DNA of 29,724 bases from IMG/VR virus record IMGVR_UViG_3300044852_000053, positions 1 through 29,724 of that record; one strand, given 5' to 3'. A program made the translations under genes and the position numbers. The notes beneath the pieces were generated by a model that ran no database searches, was not told the origin of the DNA, and worked only from the letters and a program-made list of their open reading frames with translations. This DNA is from a virus (lineage: Duplodnaviria > Caudoviricetes). This document shows, in pieces, positions 1 through 8,403 of the stretch. Each line of letters begins with the position of its first letter. Within the stretch, counting starts at the first letter, position 1.

Positions 1-549
1 GTCCTGCAGCAGCAGGCCGTGGAATGCCGGGGTGACGACAACCCAGCGGTTGTCGGACGGCACGTTGTCCTCGTCCAGACGGACGCCCAGGTTCACCAGC
101 GTCTCGTAGGCCTTGTTGGTGCCGGTGGAGATGGTGGCTTCCGCGATGAGGTTGCCAGAGTCAACACCGGAGGCCATCAGGCCGGCGATGTACTTGTCCG
201 TGGCGTCCTTGAGCAGGTAGCCGGCGCGGCGTGCCTGCTCGTTCATGACGTCGCCGCGCGCCTGGCGCTTCTCAACGTCGTCAACCTCGAAAGCGAAGTA
301 CTTCGACTGGTTGATGATGAGCACGGTGTCCATGTCATCGACGTCTTCCACGGTGATGTCCGTGTGCGCGGTGTAGTTGGCGATGGTCGGGTCCACCAGG
401 TTGGTGATGTGGACGGTGTCACCGAAGTTGGAGATTTCGCCTTCGTAGTTCCGGTTGACGACGCCAGCGGCACCGTAAACGAGGGACTTCTCAAGCGCGA
501 CGGTGAGTTTCGCGGACCAGACTTCGGGAATGAAATTGGCGATAGCCAT
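1..549 (-). CDS. Major capsid protein (P22-coat-like family), 5' part; runs off the window start
   Basis: Read manually from ATG 549: MAIANFIPEVWSAKLTVALEKSLVYG...NRNYEGEISNFGDTVHI...INQSKYFAFEVDDVEKRQ; follows the scaffold gene. Confidence 0.9.
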   Translation of the reverse strand, partial: MAIANFIPEVWSAKLTVALEKSLVYGAAGVVNRNYEGEISNFGDTVHITNLVDPTIANYTAHTDITVEDVDDMDTVLIINQSKYFAFEVDDVEKRQARGDVMNEQARRAGYLLKDATDKYIAGLMASGVDSGNLIAEATISTGTNKAYETLVNLGVRLDEDNVPSDNRWVVVTPAFHGLLLQD

Positions 550-565
550 TGGGGGTCACCCTTTC

Positions 566-1225
566 TTAGGTGGTTTTGTAGAGCGACTTCAACTGGCCGT
601 TCGCTTCCGCGGCCAGAATGGCTGCGGGGCTCATGCCAGCAAGGTCGGCCCGGGTCAACTGCTTCGGGGCGCCAGACTTGGTATCGCCCTGATCTGCGTT
701 GCCTTGGAAACGCTTCTGCTCCGCGGCGGCGAGGTACGGCCGCTCGGTGAGAAGGTTTGCAATGGCGGTGTCAAGGGCTGCGGTGTCAACCTCGCCGTCG
801 TCGCCTACCTCGATGGAAGACACGTCGATGAACACCAGGGCGTCGGCCACGTTGTTGAGCTTGCCCTTAGCCGCGGACTTGAGCTCGGCTTTCACCAGTC
901 GCTCGTTGGCCCGCTGCGTGGCGGCAGTCTCACCGTCGCGGCGTGCCGCTTCCAGTGCTTGTTCTTCGGGGGTCTTGTTCTGAGCGTCACGCTCAGCCTT
1001 TAGGGTTGCGAGCTCCTTGGCCGTCAGCTTGTTGGCCGAACGCTCTTTGGCGAGCGCGGCTTTCAGGTTGGCGATGTCCTCGGCGGTCGGCGGGGTCGGT
1101 TCCTGCTGCTGTTCACCAGCAGTGGAGCCCTCGGTGCTTGCAGCTTCGGGCGTCACGCCGCTCTGCTGTTCCTGGCCGGCGCCCGCGTCGGGGCCGGTCG
1201 GGTTTTCGTTCTCGATGTCAGGCAT
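566..1225 (-). CDS. Capsid scaffolding protein
   Basis: Start at MPDIENE with AGGAG RBS; acidic low-complexity N-terminus, coiled coil (LKAALAKER), ERPYLAA motif; directly upstream of the capsid gene. Confidence 0.85.
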   Translation of the reverse strand: MPDIENENPTGPDAGAGQEQQSGVTPEAASTEGSTAGEQQQEPTPPTAEDIANLKAALAKERSANKLTAKELATLKAERDAQNKTPEEQALEAARRDGETAATQRANERLVKAELKSAAKGKLNNVADALVFIDVSSIEVGDDGEVDTAALDTAIANLLTERPYLAAAEQKRFQGNADQGDTKSGAPKQLTRADLAGMSPAAILAAEANGQLKSLYKTT

Positions 1226-1366
1226 TGCGGAATCACTCCTAGTTGGGTGGGACATTGCGGCATCACGCCGCGATACCCGCCCCAACAGGGACGGGAAAGG
1301 GTGGGCGGGTACTTGCTGGATCGCGCTTGCTCGATGGCTTGTGTGTCGATTCGCGTTCCCCGCCAG

Positions 1367-1437
1367 AAGCGATAGCCGGATTCGAACCGGCCTAGAGTGT
1401 TTTGCAGACACTTGGCTAACCACTCGCCCATATCGCC
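1367..1437 (-). tRNA. tRNA-Cys(GCA), CCA not encoded
   Basis: GGCGATA TG GGC GAGTGGTTA GCC A AGTGT CTGCAAA ACACT CTAG GCCGG TTCGAAT CCGGC TATCGCT T: complete cloverleaf, GCA anticodon, U73 discriminator typical of Cys. Confidence 0.92.
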
Positions 1438-1441
1438 CTGC

Positions 1442-1626
1442 GCCCACCGGCTCATGTTCCGGTGGGCTATTCAGTTGTCTATTCAGTTATGCCCCAGCCC
1501 CATCGGGGAGCCTGTTGGCCCGCACCGGGACGCTAGGGACGTTCCTTGGTGCCAAGCCCGGGAGTTTCTGCAGACCTCCCGGGCCCAGCGGAGCGACGGT
1601 CTTAGCCCGCCGTCGCGCGGGAGCTT
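1442..1626 (-). ncRNA. Candidate structured RNA or tRNA leader (multi-hairpin)
   Basis: Consecutive inverted repeats at about 1442-1467, 1522-1552, 1556-1584 and 1593-1616, plus tandem TATTCAGTT at 1468-1488; no credible ORF. Confidence 0.35.
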
Positions 1627-1869
1627 TCAGGCATCAGGGATGCAATCGTTGAACGCCTTTTTGTAGGTGTCCACGTAGGTTTCTTTCTTGGCACCGTTGT
1701 AGGTGACTTCCCAGTACATCCCCGCAACGGCGTCGGTGCTGACGAGGGCTTTCCAGTTCCCAAGCACCTTGCAGAACCAGACGATGTAGAGCTCATCCGT
1801 TTCATAACGTCCTGCTATGCGGGCCACGCTCTGCTTGGCCTTTTCAAGGAACTCGTCCGGGTTGCTCAT
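1627..1869 (-). CDS. DUF6275-like small phage protein
   Basis: YIVWFCKVLGNWKALVST...GMYWEVTYNGAKKETYVDTYKK resembles the DUF6275 pattern as recalled; GGAGG RBS. Confidence 0.75.
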   Translation of the reverse strand: MSNPDEFLEKAKQSVARIAGRYETDELYIVWFCKVLGNWKALVSTDAVAGMYWEVTYNGAKKETYVDTYKKAFNDCIPDA

Positions 1870-1878
1870 GGGGTCCTC

Positions 1879-2916
1879 CTAGACCAAGTAGCCGTAATGG
1901 TTCAGCAAATCGTTCAGCCGGGCGCGGTCGCCCTTGGCAATCTTCAAGATCGTCTCGGGCATCAAGCGCGTCCCCTTCGGCAAGCGCCGGTCCAGCGTCC
2001 CGTAAGAGAACTGCCGCCGCGCCCGCTTGCCAGTGAGCTCCACCGTCTCGTAGACGTGGATCGAATGCTCTTGGGTGCCGATGTTCCGCGCTTGGATGGT
2101 CCGGCCGACGCTGCCAAGGTCCCGCGGGACCGTGCCAGGCAGGACCCGGGGCCCGTACTTGATCCCCAAAGCACCACGCCGCGCGTTCACCACGCGGGAG
2201 ATATCAGCGCCCTCGCGGATGACCTCCGCGCCTGCCTTCGTGAAACGCCGGTCCTGCTCCGCGCGTGAGAGTTGATCGAAATACGCCCGCGGGGATGTCT
2301 CAATCGCCCCATCAAACGACTCCGCAGCAGGGACCGCGATGCAGTGGCAGTTCGGGTGCCGGGCAAACGCCTTCTGCCACGACGCGATACCCGCTAACTG
2401 GATACACCGCGAACAAGCACCGGGCCCGATCTGCCGAACCCACCGCTTGTACTGCGGCCGGGCGAACATCTGCACCCGGTCAGCCTCACGGCCAGAGTCC
2501 ATCACAGCCGTCCGGCCGATCTGCGTGACAAAGTTCCGGCCGGCCGAAAGCACCTGGTCCGGGCCGGCGCCGCGGCTGATCTGATCGAACATGACCTGCG
2601 ACGAGTACAGCACCGCAGAATCCAGCCCCACACCGTCGTCCGTCATGCCGGCAAACGCCTCCGGGTGGATGGCGGCCGTGGACTCAACCCCGTAATGGTC
2701 ATCCACAGCCGCCATGTAGCCGCCAGACTGCCCCGCAGCCGCTTCCTGGGCGCCCACAAGCATTTGCAGCAGAGCGGGCGCCAGAGACGCCACAGACGCC
2801 GCTAGGTTCGAATAATCAACCTGCCGCCACAGCCTGCCCACCCGGAGCGTTACCTGGTTGGCCAGCAGCAGCCGGTCCATCTGATGCTGAGAGGCTATTT
2901 CCGCCAGATTGGTCAA
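1879..2916 (-). CDS. Minor head / capsid maturation protein (MuF/VG15-like)
   Basis: WVRQIGPGACSRC...FARHPNCHC motif; GADISRVVNARRG; located after the portal. Confidence 0.8.
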   Translation of the reverse strand: MTNLAEIASQHQMDRLLLANQVTLRVGRLWRQVDYSNLAASVASLAPALLQMLVGAQEAAAGQSGGYMAAVDDHYGVESTAAIHPEAFAGMTDDGVGLDSAVLYSSQVMFDQISRGAGPDQVLSAGRNFVTQIGRTAVMDSGREADRVQMFARPQYKRWVRQIGPGACSRCIQLAGIASWQKAFARHPNCHCIAVPAAESFDGAIETSPRAYFDQLSRAEQDRRFTKAGAEVIREGADISRVVNARRGALGIKYGPRVLPGTVPRDLGSVGRTIQARNIGTQEHSIHVYETVELTGKRARRQFSYGTLDRRLPKGTRLMPETILKIAKGDRARLNDLLNHYGYLV

Positions 2917-4357
2917 AATGCTGCGCCCCCATCAGTGCCGCGTCCTGCGCCGCCTGTTCCTCTTTGGCGATCATTTCTTCGATCCGGTCAATCTCCGTGG
3001 GAGATACGCCGTCGAGCTCCATGAGGTAGCGCCGCGGGTAGCCGATCGTCTTCTTCTTCACCAAGGCGTCCGACATCTGCGCCTCAGACCGCATTTCCGG
3101 GTTCTGCCACGCGATAGTAGCCAACCGGACCTGCTCGGCCTGCGCCGTTTCGTTCTTCACCAAAGCCATGAGCCGGAAAACCTCCCGGATGGCCGGCGTG
3201 GCGAACTTCTGGAACTCCTGCGCCTTCTTCACCAGACCGATTTCCGCAGCCTTGAGCGCGTCAGCGGCCAGGTTCGACAAGCCCTTGTTCGACACAAGGT
3301 AATGCGGCGGTGTGCGGGTCTGAGCGGCGATGTGCCCCACAGCGAGCTCAATGACGTCAGTGAAGACGTCAAGCTTCGCGGCCGGCCACGAGTCGATCTT
3401 CGCGTCCTTCGACCCGGCGCCGCCGTTGAACACAGCGAACCGGGACTCGTTGAGCTCCTTCATCGTCACCGGGGCGTCACCGATGTGCTTGCCAGTGTTG
3501 TCGAGCACCTTCCGCATGGGAGGGTTCACGTTCAGCAGCACACGCGCCGGCATCGAGGCGTAGTCCCCGGCGTACATGGCGTAGGCCCACAGGATGTTGA
3601 TGGCATCCTGCAGTGGGATGACCTGCGCAACCTCGGACACCGGCTCGCCACCCAGGATCGGGCGGTTCGGGACCTCAACCACCGGGACAACGCCCAGCGG
3701 GTTCGGCAACGGCCAAACATTGTCGCCGGACACCTTGACGTCGATCGGTTCCCAGCCGCCCGACGTGTAATCGCCCTGCGCCTGCTCCGACTGCGCCACC
3801 CGGTCGTTCATGCCGCGGCCAAGCTTCCGGTGGTACTTGAACACGTAGTCCGGGGTGTAGAGCGTGGCGTACTCGGTCGTCTCATCCACCCACGTCTTCA
3901 ACGCGGCCTTCCGGCGCCGGCCCAGCATCCCCCACTCGTACTCAATCTCCACATGCGACGGATGCTCCCAGGACACCACCGGCACGTCATCCTCAGAGCC
4001 CCACACGATCACGAAAGACCGCTTCGTGTTGAACGACGTCAAGAAGCCCTGCGAAGACTGCATCTCCATCTCGTTCCGCAGCCAGTCATCCCACAAGTCA
4101 TTGGCCGACGTCGCGTTGTCCCGGAACTTGAGGCCGGTGACCTCGATACGCTCACCGATCGCGTTCGACACCGGGGCGCACCAGTTATCCGAGAACTGCG
4201 AGTACCGGGCAGCGTTCGCCTTCAACCACTCAGCCGTCGCATACGTGAGGTTCTGATCCCCCAAGTAGTACCGCTCGTTCTTCTCAATTTCCGCCCGGCG
4301 CCCCAGGATCCGCGAATGGATCCGGTTCACAAGACGCAGCGCCTCAATCGCGTCCAT
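2816..4357 (-). CDS. Portal protein (SPP1 gp6-like)
   Basis: MDAIEAL start; RYYLGDQ, NWCAPV, LPNPLGVVPVVEVPNRP, TRTPPHYL; located after TerL. Confidence 0.92.
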   Translation of the reverse strand: MDAIEALRLVNRIHSRILGRRAEIEKNERYYLGDQNLTYATAEWLKANAARYSQFSDNWCAPVSNAIGERIEVTGLKFRDNATSANDLWDDWLRNEMEMQSSQGFLTSFNTKRSFVIVWGSEDDVPVVSWEHPSHVEIEYEWGMLGRRRKAALKTWVDETTEYATLYTPDYVFKYHRKLGRGMNDRVAQSEQAQGDYTSGGWEPIDVKVSGDNVWPLPNPLGVVPVVEVPNRPILGGEPVSEVAQVIPLQDAINILWAYAMYAGDYASMPARVLLNVNPPMRKVLDNTGKHIGDAPVTMKELNESRFAVFNGGAGSKDAKIDSWPAAKLDVFTDVIELAVGHIAAQTRTPPHYLVSNKGLSNLAADALKAAEIGLVKKAQEFQKFATPAIREVFRLMALVKNETAQAEQVRLATIAWQNPEMRSEAQMSDALVKKKTIGYPRRYLMELDGVSPTEIDRIEEMIAKEEQAAQDAALMGAQHFDQSGGNSLSASDGPAAAGQPGNAPGGQAVAAG

Positions 4358-4374
4358 GCCGTCTCCAATCCCGC

Positions 4375-6000
4375 CTAGAACCAGGCATATGTTGTGGTGT
4401 CGATGATGTTCCGGTCGCCGTTGGCTACCGCGTCGGCCGCCGCCTCGTGCGCGAGCACGGACGACATGGCAAGGTCGATCTTCTGCATTTCCGTGGCCTT
4501 GCCCAGGATGTACTTCTGGCCGGGCCGGGCCCGCTCCACCGCGTTCCGCATGTGAATGGCCGTCGTCTCGCACCCGTCATGGCAGAACTTGGAATCCGGC
4601 TCGATGATGTCCGTCTTCATCCGCTCGAGGCTGGCGTGCATCTGCGAGATACGGTTCGTCCGCCACTCGAAGAAGACCGTCTCCCCGTACTCGGCCTTCC
4701 ACTCGTCAAGCTCAGTCTCAAACTTGAACGGGTCACAGTAGGCGCGGACAATCTCGAACTGGTTGTTGATGTCCTCCCACGCCCGGTGAATCTCAGGGCG
4801 CGGCACACGGCCGTCGAACTCCCGCGGGTCCCAGATCGTCTCCCGGGTCCCGTTGAAGTACTTCGGGGTGAACTGCTGGAAGTCCAGCGTCTCCAACCGG
4901 ATGCCCGTGATGTCGTTCGTCTCCGAACCGTCGAACCCTGCACAGACCTTCGTGCGCGGCTTCACCGTGAACGACGCCTTGCGGTCCGCCCACTGCGCCG
5001 ACTGCAGCCAAGTCCTCGAGCCGGCCACGATACGGTTCCCGAAGAAGCGCTCGGCCTCAGCCGGGTTCTGCTCCATCACGGACGCAGCCTCAGACTCGAT
5101 CGAACGGATGTCCACCCACGGCGAGAAGCGGTAGTTGAACGCGAAGATTTTCTTCCGGTCAGCCTTCAACCGGAAGTCCAACGACGTCGGCGGCGGGTAG
5201 TAGTGCTTGTAGACGTCCTTCTGCCGGGACTCGTACAACGCCTGAGCCTGCGAATCCTCCGCGGGGTCATAGCAGTTGGTCGAGTTACCCAGCCGGCCGC
5301 CCATACCCGCGGCGCCACGCGCCAGGGTCCGCCAAAACTTCTTCATCTTGTTCGAGTCAGTCCAAAGGCCAATCTCGTCACAGAGGCCGCGGGAGATACG
5401 CGCACCAAGCCGGCCGTCAGCCTTCGACGTCACAGTCTCAATGCGGGAATCGCGGTTCTTGTTCGGGTGCTTGATGAACGCCTCACCAGTCCGCAGCAGG
5501 TTCGCCAGCGGCCCGTTGTCGATCATCGGCACCAGCGCGCCCCAGGTGTTCTCCACCTGGTCCTCCACGACAGCGGCGATCTGGATCCGGGGAGTTGACC
5601 ACGGCCGGCCCTTCGGCTCACCCGCGGCGTACTCGTACTCCCACCCGCAAGGGCAGCCATGATCCCGGCAACGGTACGTCTCCCCGAACGTGGCGAAGCC
5701 ATCGAACACCGCGGGGCCCACGAACTCGAAGCACGCCTCCGCGGCGATGCCAGGAGACTTGCCCACCTTCTGAGCCGCCATCCACAGTGCCGTGCGATAC
5801 CGGAACGCTACGTTCCGCTCGCCAGGCTTGGCAGTCGGCCGGACCTCGTAGAAGTTGCACAGGTAGACGATGTGGTCCAGCGTCGGCCGGAACGGCTGCC
5901 CGGCCATGTCCCCATCCGGGATGACTAGGTGCGCGTGCATCCAAGAAGCAGCCAGCCGGCCAAGCGTTACCTGCGGGATCGAACCCTCATGTGCCAGCAC
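4375..6000 (-). CDS. terL: Terminase large subunit
   Basis: Walker A-like AQKVGKSP, Walker B LCDE, nuclease GFDGSETND and KIDLAMSS. Confidence 0.95.
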   Translation of the reverse strand: MLAHEGSIPQVTLGRLAASWMHAHLVIPDGDMAGQPFRPTLDHIVYLCNFYEVRPTAKPGERNVAFRYRTALWMAAQKVGKSPGIAAEACFEFVGPAVFDGFATFGETYRCRDHGCPCGWEYEYAAGEPKGRPWSTPRIQIAAVVEDQVENTWGALVPMIDNGPLANLLRTGEAFIKHPNKNRDSRIETVTSKADGRLGARISRGLCDEIGLWTDSNKMKKFWRTLARGAAGMGGRLGNSTNCYDPAEDSQAQALYESRQKDVYKHYYPPPTSLDFRLKADRKKIFAFNYRFSPWVDIRSIESEAASVMEQNPAEAERFFGNRIVAGSRTWLQSAQWADRKASFTVKPRTKVCAGFDGSETNDITGIRLETLDFQQFTPKYFNGTRETIWDPREFDGRVPRPEIHRAWEDINNQFEIVRAYCDPFKFETELDEWKAEYGETVFFEWRTNRISQMHASLERMKTDIIEPDSKFCHDGCETTAIHMRNAVERARPGQKYILGKATEMQKIDLAMSSVLAHEAAADAVANGDRNIIDTTTYAWF

Positions 6001-6538
6001 GGACAGTCACCCCGGCAAACAGATCAGTCACGTTGTCAGGCTTCTTCTTGCCGCGGGGTGCAGCCTTCGGTGCCGCGCCGGCCACAGTCTCGGCGGTTGC
6101 CACCGAAATCTCATCCTGCCGGGCGAAGCGCCACTTGTTCCGGGCCAGACCCGCCGTGGACAGCCCAAGGTCCTCACGGGCCTGCCGAAGCTCTCCCAGC
6201 AGCCCAGACGACGATGGCGCCAAGGACGCCTCAGCCATAGCGAACGCCCGGCAATACAGCGCCACGTTCATGATCTGCTTGTTGATGAGCCACATAGGCG
6301 CCTGGCCCTGGGACCAGAGGTTATTCCAGAAGTACATCTCCCGCTCATGGAGTTGGATGAACTCTGCATCTTCACCCTTGCCCACAGTCAGGCCGAACGA
6401 TGAAGTCAGGGGCCAATCCGGGGCGGGGAAATCCCACTGCGCCGGCAAAAGTGCCCACTCGCCCTTATCGAACTCCCGGGCAAAAGCATCAAGGTCTGGT
6501 TCCGGCCCGCTACGAGCCCTAGGTCCACCACGCGCCAT
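5987..6538 (-). CDS. terS: Terminase small subunit
   Basis: MARGGPRARSGPEPD N-terminus; ELRQAREDLGLSTAGLARNKW; overlaps the TerL start. Confidence 0.85.
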   Translation of the reverse strand: MARGGPRARSGPEPDLDAFAREFDKGEWALLPAQWDFPAPDWPLTSSFGLTVGKGEDAEFIQLHEREMYFWNNLWSQGQAPMWLINKQIMNVALYCRAFAMAEASLAPSSSGLLGELRQAREDLGLSTAGLARNKWRFARQDEISVATAETVAGAAPKAAPRGKKKPDNVTDLFAGVTVRAGT

Positions 6539-6612
6539 CAGAAATCACTTCCTCAGACAGAATCCCGCTGGAATCACTCCATCCGGGCGCCCCGAACCTC
6601 GGGGCAAAACAG

Positions 6613-6628
6613 TCGAACATGTGTTCGA
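6613..6628. promoter_or_regulatory. LexA (SOS) box
   Basis: TCGAAC-ATGT-GTTCGA is a perfect match to the actinobacterial consensus TCGAAC-N4-GTTCGA. Confidence 0.7.
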
Positions 6629-6639
6629 AAATCAGGGGG

Positions 6640-6730
6640 TATTCAACCCTTTGAACTCACTTGCGGTTTTTTCGCCCTCCCGGGCGCGTCCCCGCGGCGG
6701 GGCGGCCAGGGGGTTCCCCCCCGGGTTGCA
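6640..6730 (-). other. Probable cos (cohesive end) region; candidate overhang near CGCCCGGGA (6678-6686)
   Basis: Non-coding, upstream of terS; GGGGGGAACCCC...CGCCCGGGAGGGCGAAAAAA layout resembles ends of HNH/cos-type actinophages; exact cut site not determinable. Confidence 0.5.
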
Positions 6731-6829
6731 GCTCGTTCGCCGGCGTCCTGGGGCCGCGTTGCGCCGGCTTGTGCACATGTCAGCTTGTGCACGTTCGATA
6801 CGTTCATGCGTTAGTGATTCATTGCCCGA

Positions 6830-6863
6830 TTGATTGGGCTTTACGTCATGAGTAGTATAGAAT
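6830..6863 (+). promoter_or_regulatory. SigA-like promoter(s) of the end island
   Basis: TTGATT-N17-TAGTAT with overlapping TAGAAT 6 nt before ATG 6870 (leaderless geometry). Confidence 0.65.
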
Positions 6864-6869
6864 GTTTAC

Positions 6870-7346
6870 ATGAGCAACCGAATGGATAGCGCGGAACGTA
6901 GAGACCTACGCATGACATGGGAGAGCTACCGTGACAATGCACTCGAGCAGCTAGGCAACCATTGCCGCGGTGGCAATGTCCTAACGGATGCGGCCAGGGC
7001 CAATGGCAAGCGGGCAGAAGACATCTTCGCCGGCCCCTGGCACCATTGGGCCACACTGATTACGGAAGATGCGCGGGAGTGGTTCGACTCGAATCCGCGT
7101 ATGACCTGGACTGACTTCATGAGAGACATGAAACCGGCCGCGGTGGACATGCGCACCTATCAAGCCGGCACTGCAGCTATCAGGAATCTTGAGCAGTTGC
7201 GGGATGACCTGGCTAAGCGCACTGACTGGGTAATCCAAGCACGTGAGGCTGGGATCACCTGGCCCGAGTTGGAGACTGCCACGGGCATGACGCGCGTAGC
7301 TCTCAACAACATGGTGAAGAAACAAACCGGGGGAAAGCTTCCCTAA
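6870..7346 (+). CDS. DNA-binding protein with C-terminal HTH
   Basis: AREAGITWPELETATGMTRVALNNMV helix-turn-helix pattern; N-terminal domain of unknown function. Confidence 0.7.
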   Translation: MSNRMDSAERRDLRMTWESYRDNALEQLGNHCRGGNVLTDAARANGKRAEDIFAGPWHHWATLITEDAREWFDSNPRMTWTDFMRDMKPAAVDMRTYQAGTAAIRNLEQLRDDLAKRTDWVIQAREAGITWPELETATGMTRVALNNMVKKQTGGKLP

Positions 7347-7350
7347 TCGC

Positions 7351-7378
7351 GTAGACCGTAAAGAATCTATGCTAAGAT
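7351..7378 (+). promoter_or_regulatory. Extended -10 promoter
   Basis: TGcTAAGAT (7370-7378) in an AT-rich gap, followed by hairpin GGCCCCG...CGGGGCC at about 7403-7434. Confidence 0.5.
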
Positions 7379-7462
7379 TGATCCATAAGCAGCCAAGAGA
7401 ACGGCCCCGCGGATACGGCAAATATCCCGGGGCCAGGCAACCAAAACTAAGGAATGATTGCG

Positions 7463-7903
7463 ATGACAAGCTACCACAAACCGACAACATGGGCCGGCGT
7501 TACCAAAGTAGTAGGCACCGGCCACACGTTCGATTGCCGGCCGCTGCGGCTCAAGGGTGAGAACATCTACATTCTTTCCGCCCGCTCCACTGACACTTAC
7601 CTTTACGGCTACCGCGACACGTTCAACCAGGAAATTGTTGACAGCGCGCGGGAATTGGAAGCGCGCTACCTGGGCGAGTTCGACCGCGTCACAGCTCAGC
7701 AGCCTACAGACGTCACTTACTACATTGCCCGAGACGGTATCGCGCTTATCCGGGTTCGCCGTAACGGCGCCGTGGAGGTCAACACGGAAGCACTCCGCAA
7801 CGGGAACAAGCGTTACTCGGACGTCGTGACCAAGCTCGAGCCGGTCCTAGTGGATCTGTTCACCAGCCGGCCGGATCACTGGCTTATCGGCACTACCGTT
7901 TAG
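7463..7903 (+). CDS. Hypothetical protein
   Basis: AAGGA RBS before ATG 7463; 146-aa ORF. Confidence 0.75.
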   Translation: MTSYHKPTTWAGVTKVVGTGHTFDCRPLRLKGENIYILSARSTDTYLYGYRDTFNQEIVDSARELEARYLGEFDRVTAQQPTDVTYYIARDGIALIRVRRNGAVEVNTEALRNGNKRYSDVVTKLEPVLVDLFTSRPDHWLIGTTV

Positions 7904-7996
7904 TTTGCTTGACTACGTGCCATAAGGGATCAATCGGCCCTTATGGCACGTAGCCGGGCAAACTCAACCGGGATCCACACAACGCTAGGGGACACC

Positions 7997-8314
7997 ATGA
8001 AGAAGACTCTCATCACTGCAGCGGCCGCGGGCGCGATCATCCTTGGATCACTCGGGATCGCTGGACCGGCCAGCGCGGCGCCGGCGACGTCCTGGGACTG
8101 TGACACCAGCGGCCGGACTCAGTGCACTAACCGCAACTTGGAAGACGCCTGGGATTCATTCGACGGACTCAGCAAGGCGCCTAAGTACGACCACAAGCAC
8201 GTGCTGCGCTACTCAGGCACATTCCACAAGCGGCCGGCGACGTCGAAAAAGTCCGTTGTCATCCGCTCCACCAGCAAAAAGAGCACCTGGCACGTCTTCA
8301 CCTACACAAAGTAG
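7997..8314 (+). CDS. Secreted protein (Sec signal peptide)
   Basis: MKKTLITAAAAGAIILGSLGIAGPASA|AP; AGGGGA RBS. Confidence 0.8.
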   Translation: MKKTLITAAAAGAIILGSLGIAGPASAAPATSWDCDTSGRTQCTNRNLEDAWDSFDGLSKAPKYDHKHVLRYSGTFHKRPATSKKSVVIRSTSKKSTWHVFTYTK

Positions 8315-8403
8315 TTTGCCGGACGGCGTGCCATGTGGAGAGATTCACTCAACATGGCACGCAGCCTAGCAACCTAGGACCAAACACTAAGCAAGGGGAC
8401 ATC

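Noticed and set aside
566-1447. 293-aa version of the scaffold ORF
   Set aside because: The extension runs through the tRNA-Cys; the RBS supports ATG 1225
1490-1555. Possible HDV-like/theta ribozyme near the tRNA (ACG-TCCCTAG-CGT resembles P3/L3)
   Set aside because: No convincing 7-bp P1, P2 or catalytic J4/2 C; it folds as a simple hairpin and lies 5' rather than 3' of the tRNA
2909-5598. Long plus-strand ORFs (489 aa, 383 aa) and similar antisense ORFs such as 19-750 and 23428-24522
   Set aside because: Shadow frames of portal, terminase, capsid and integrase caused by high-GC codon bias; no RBS or motifs
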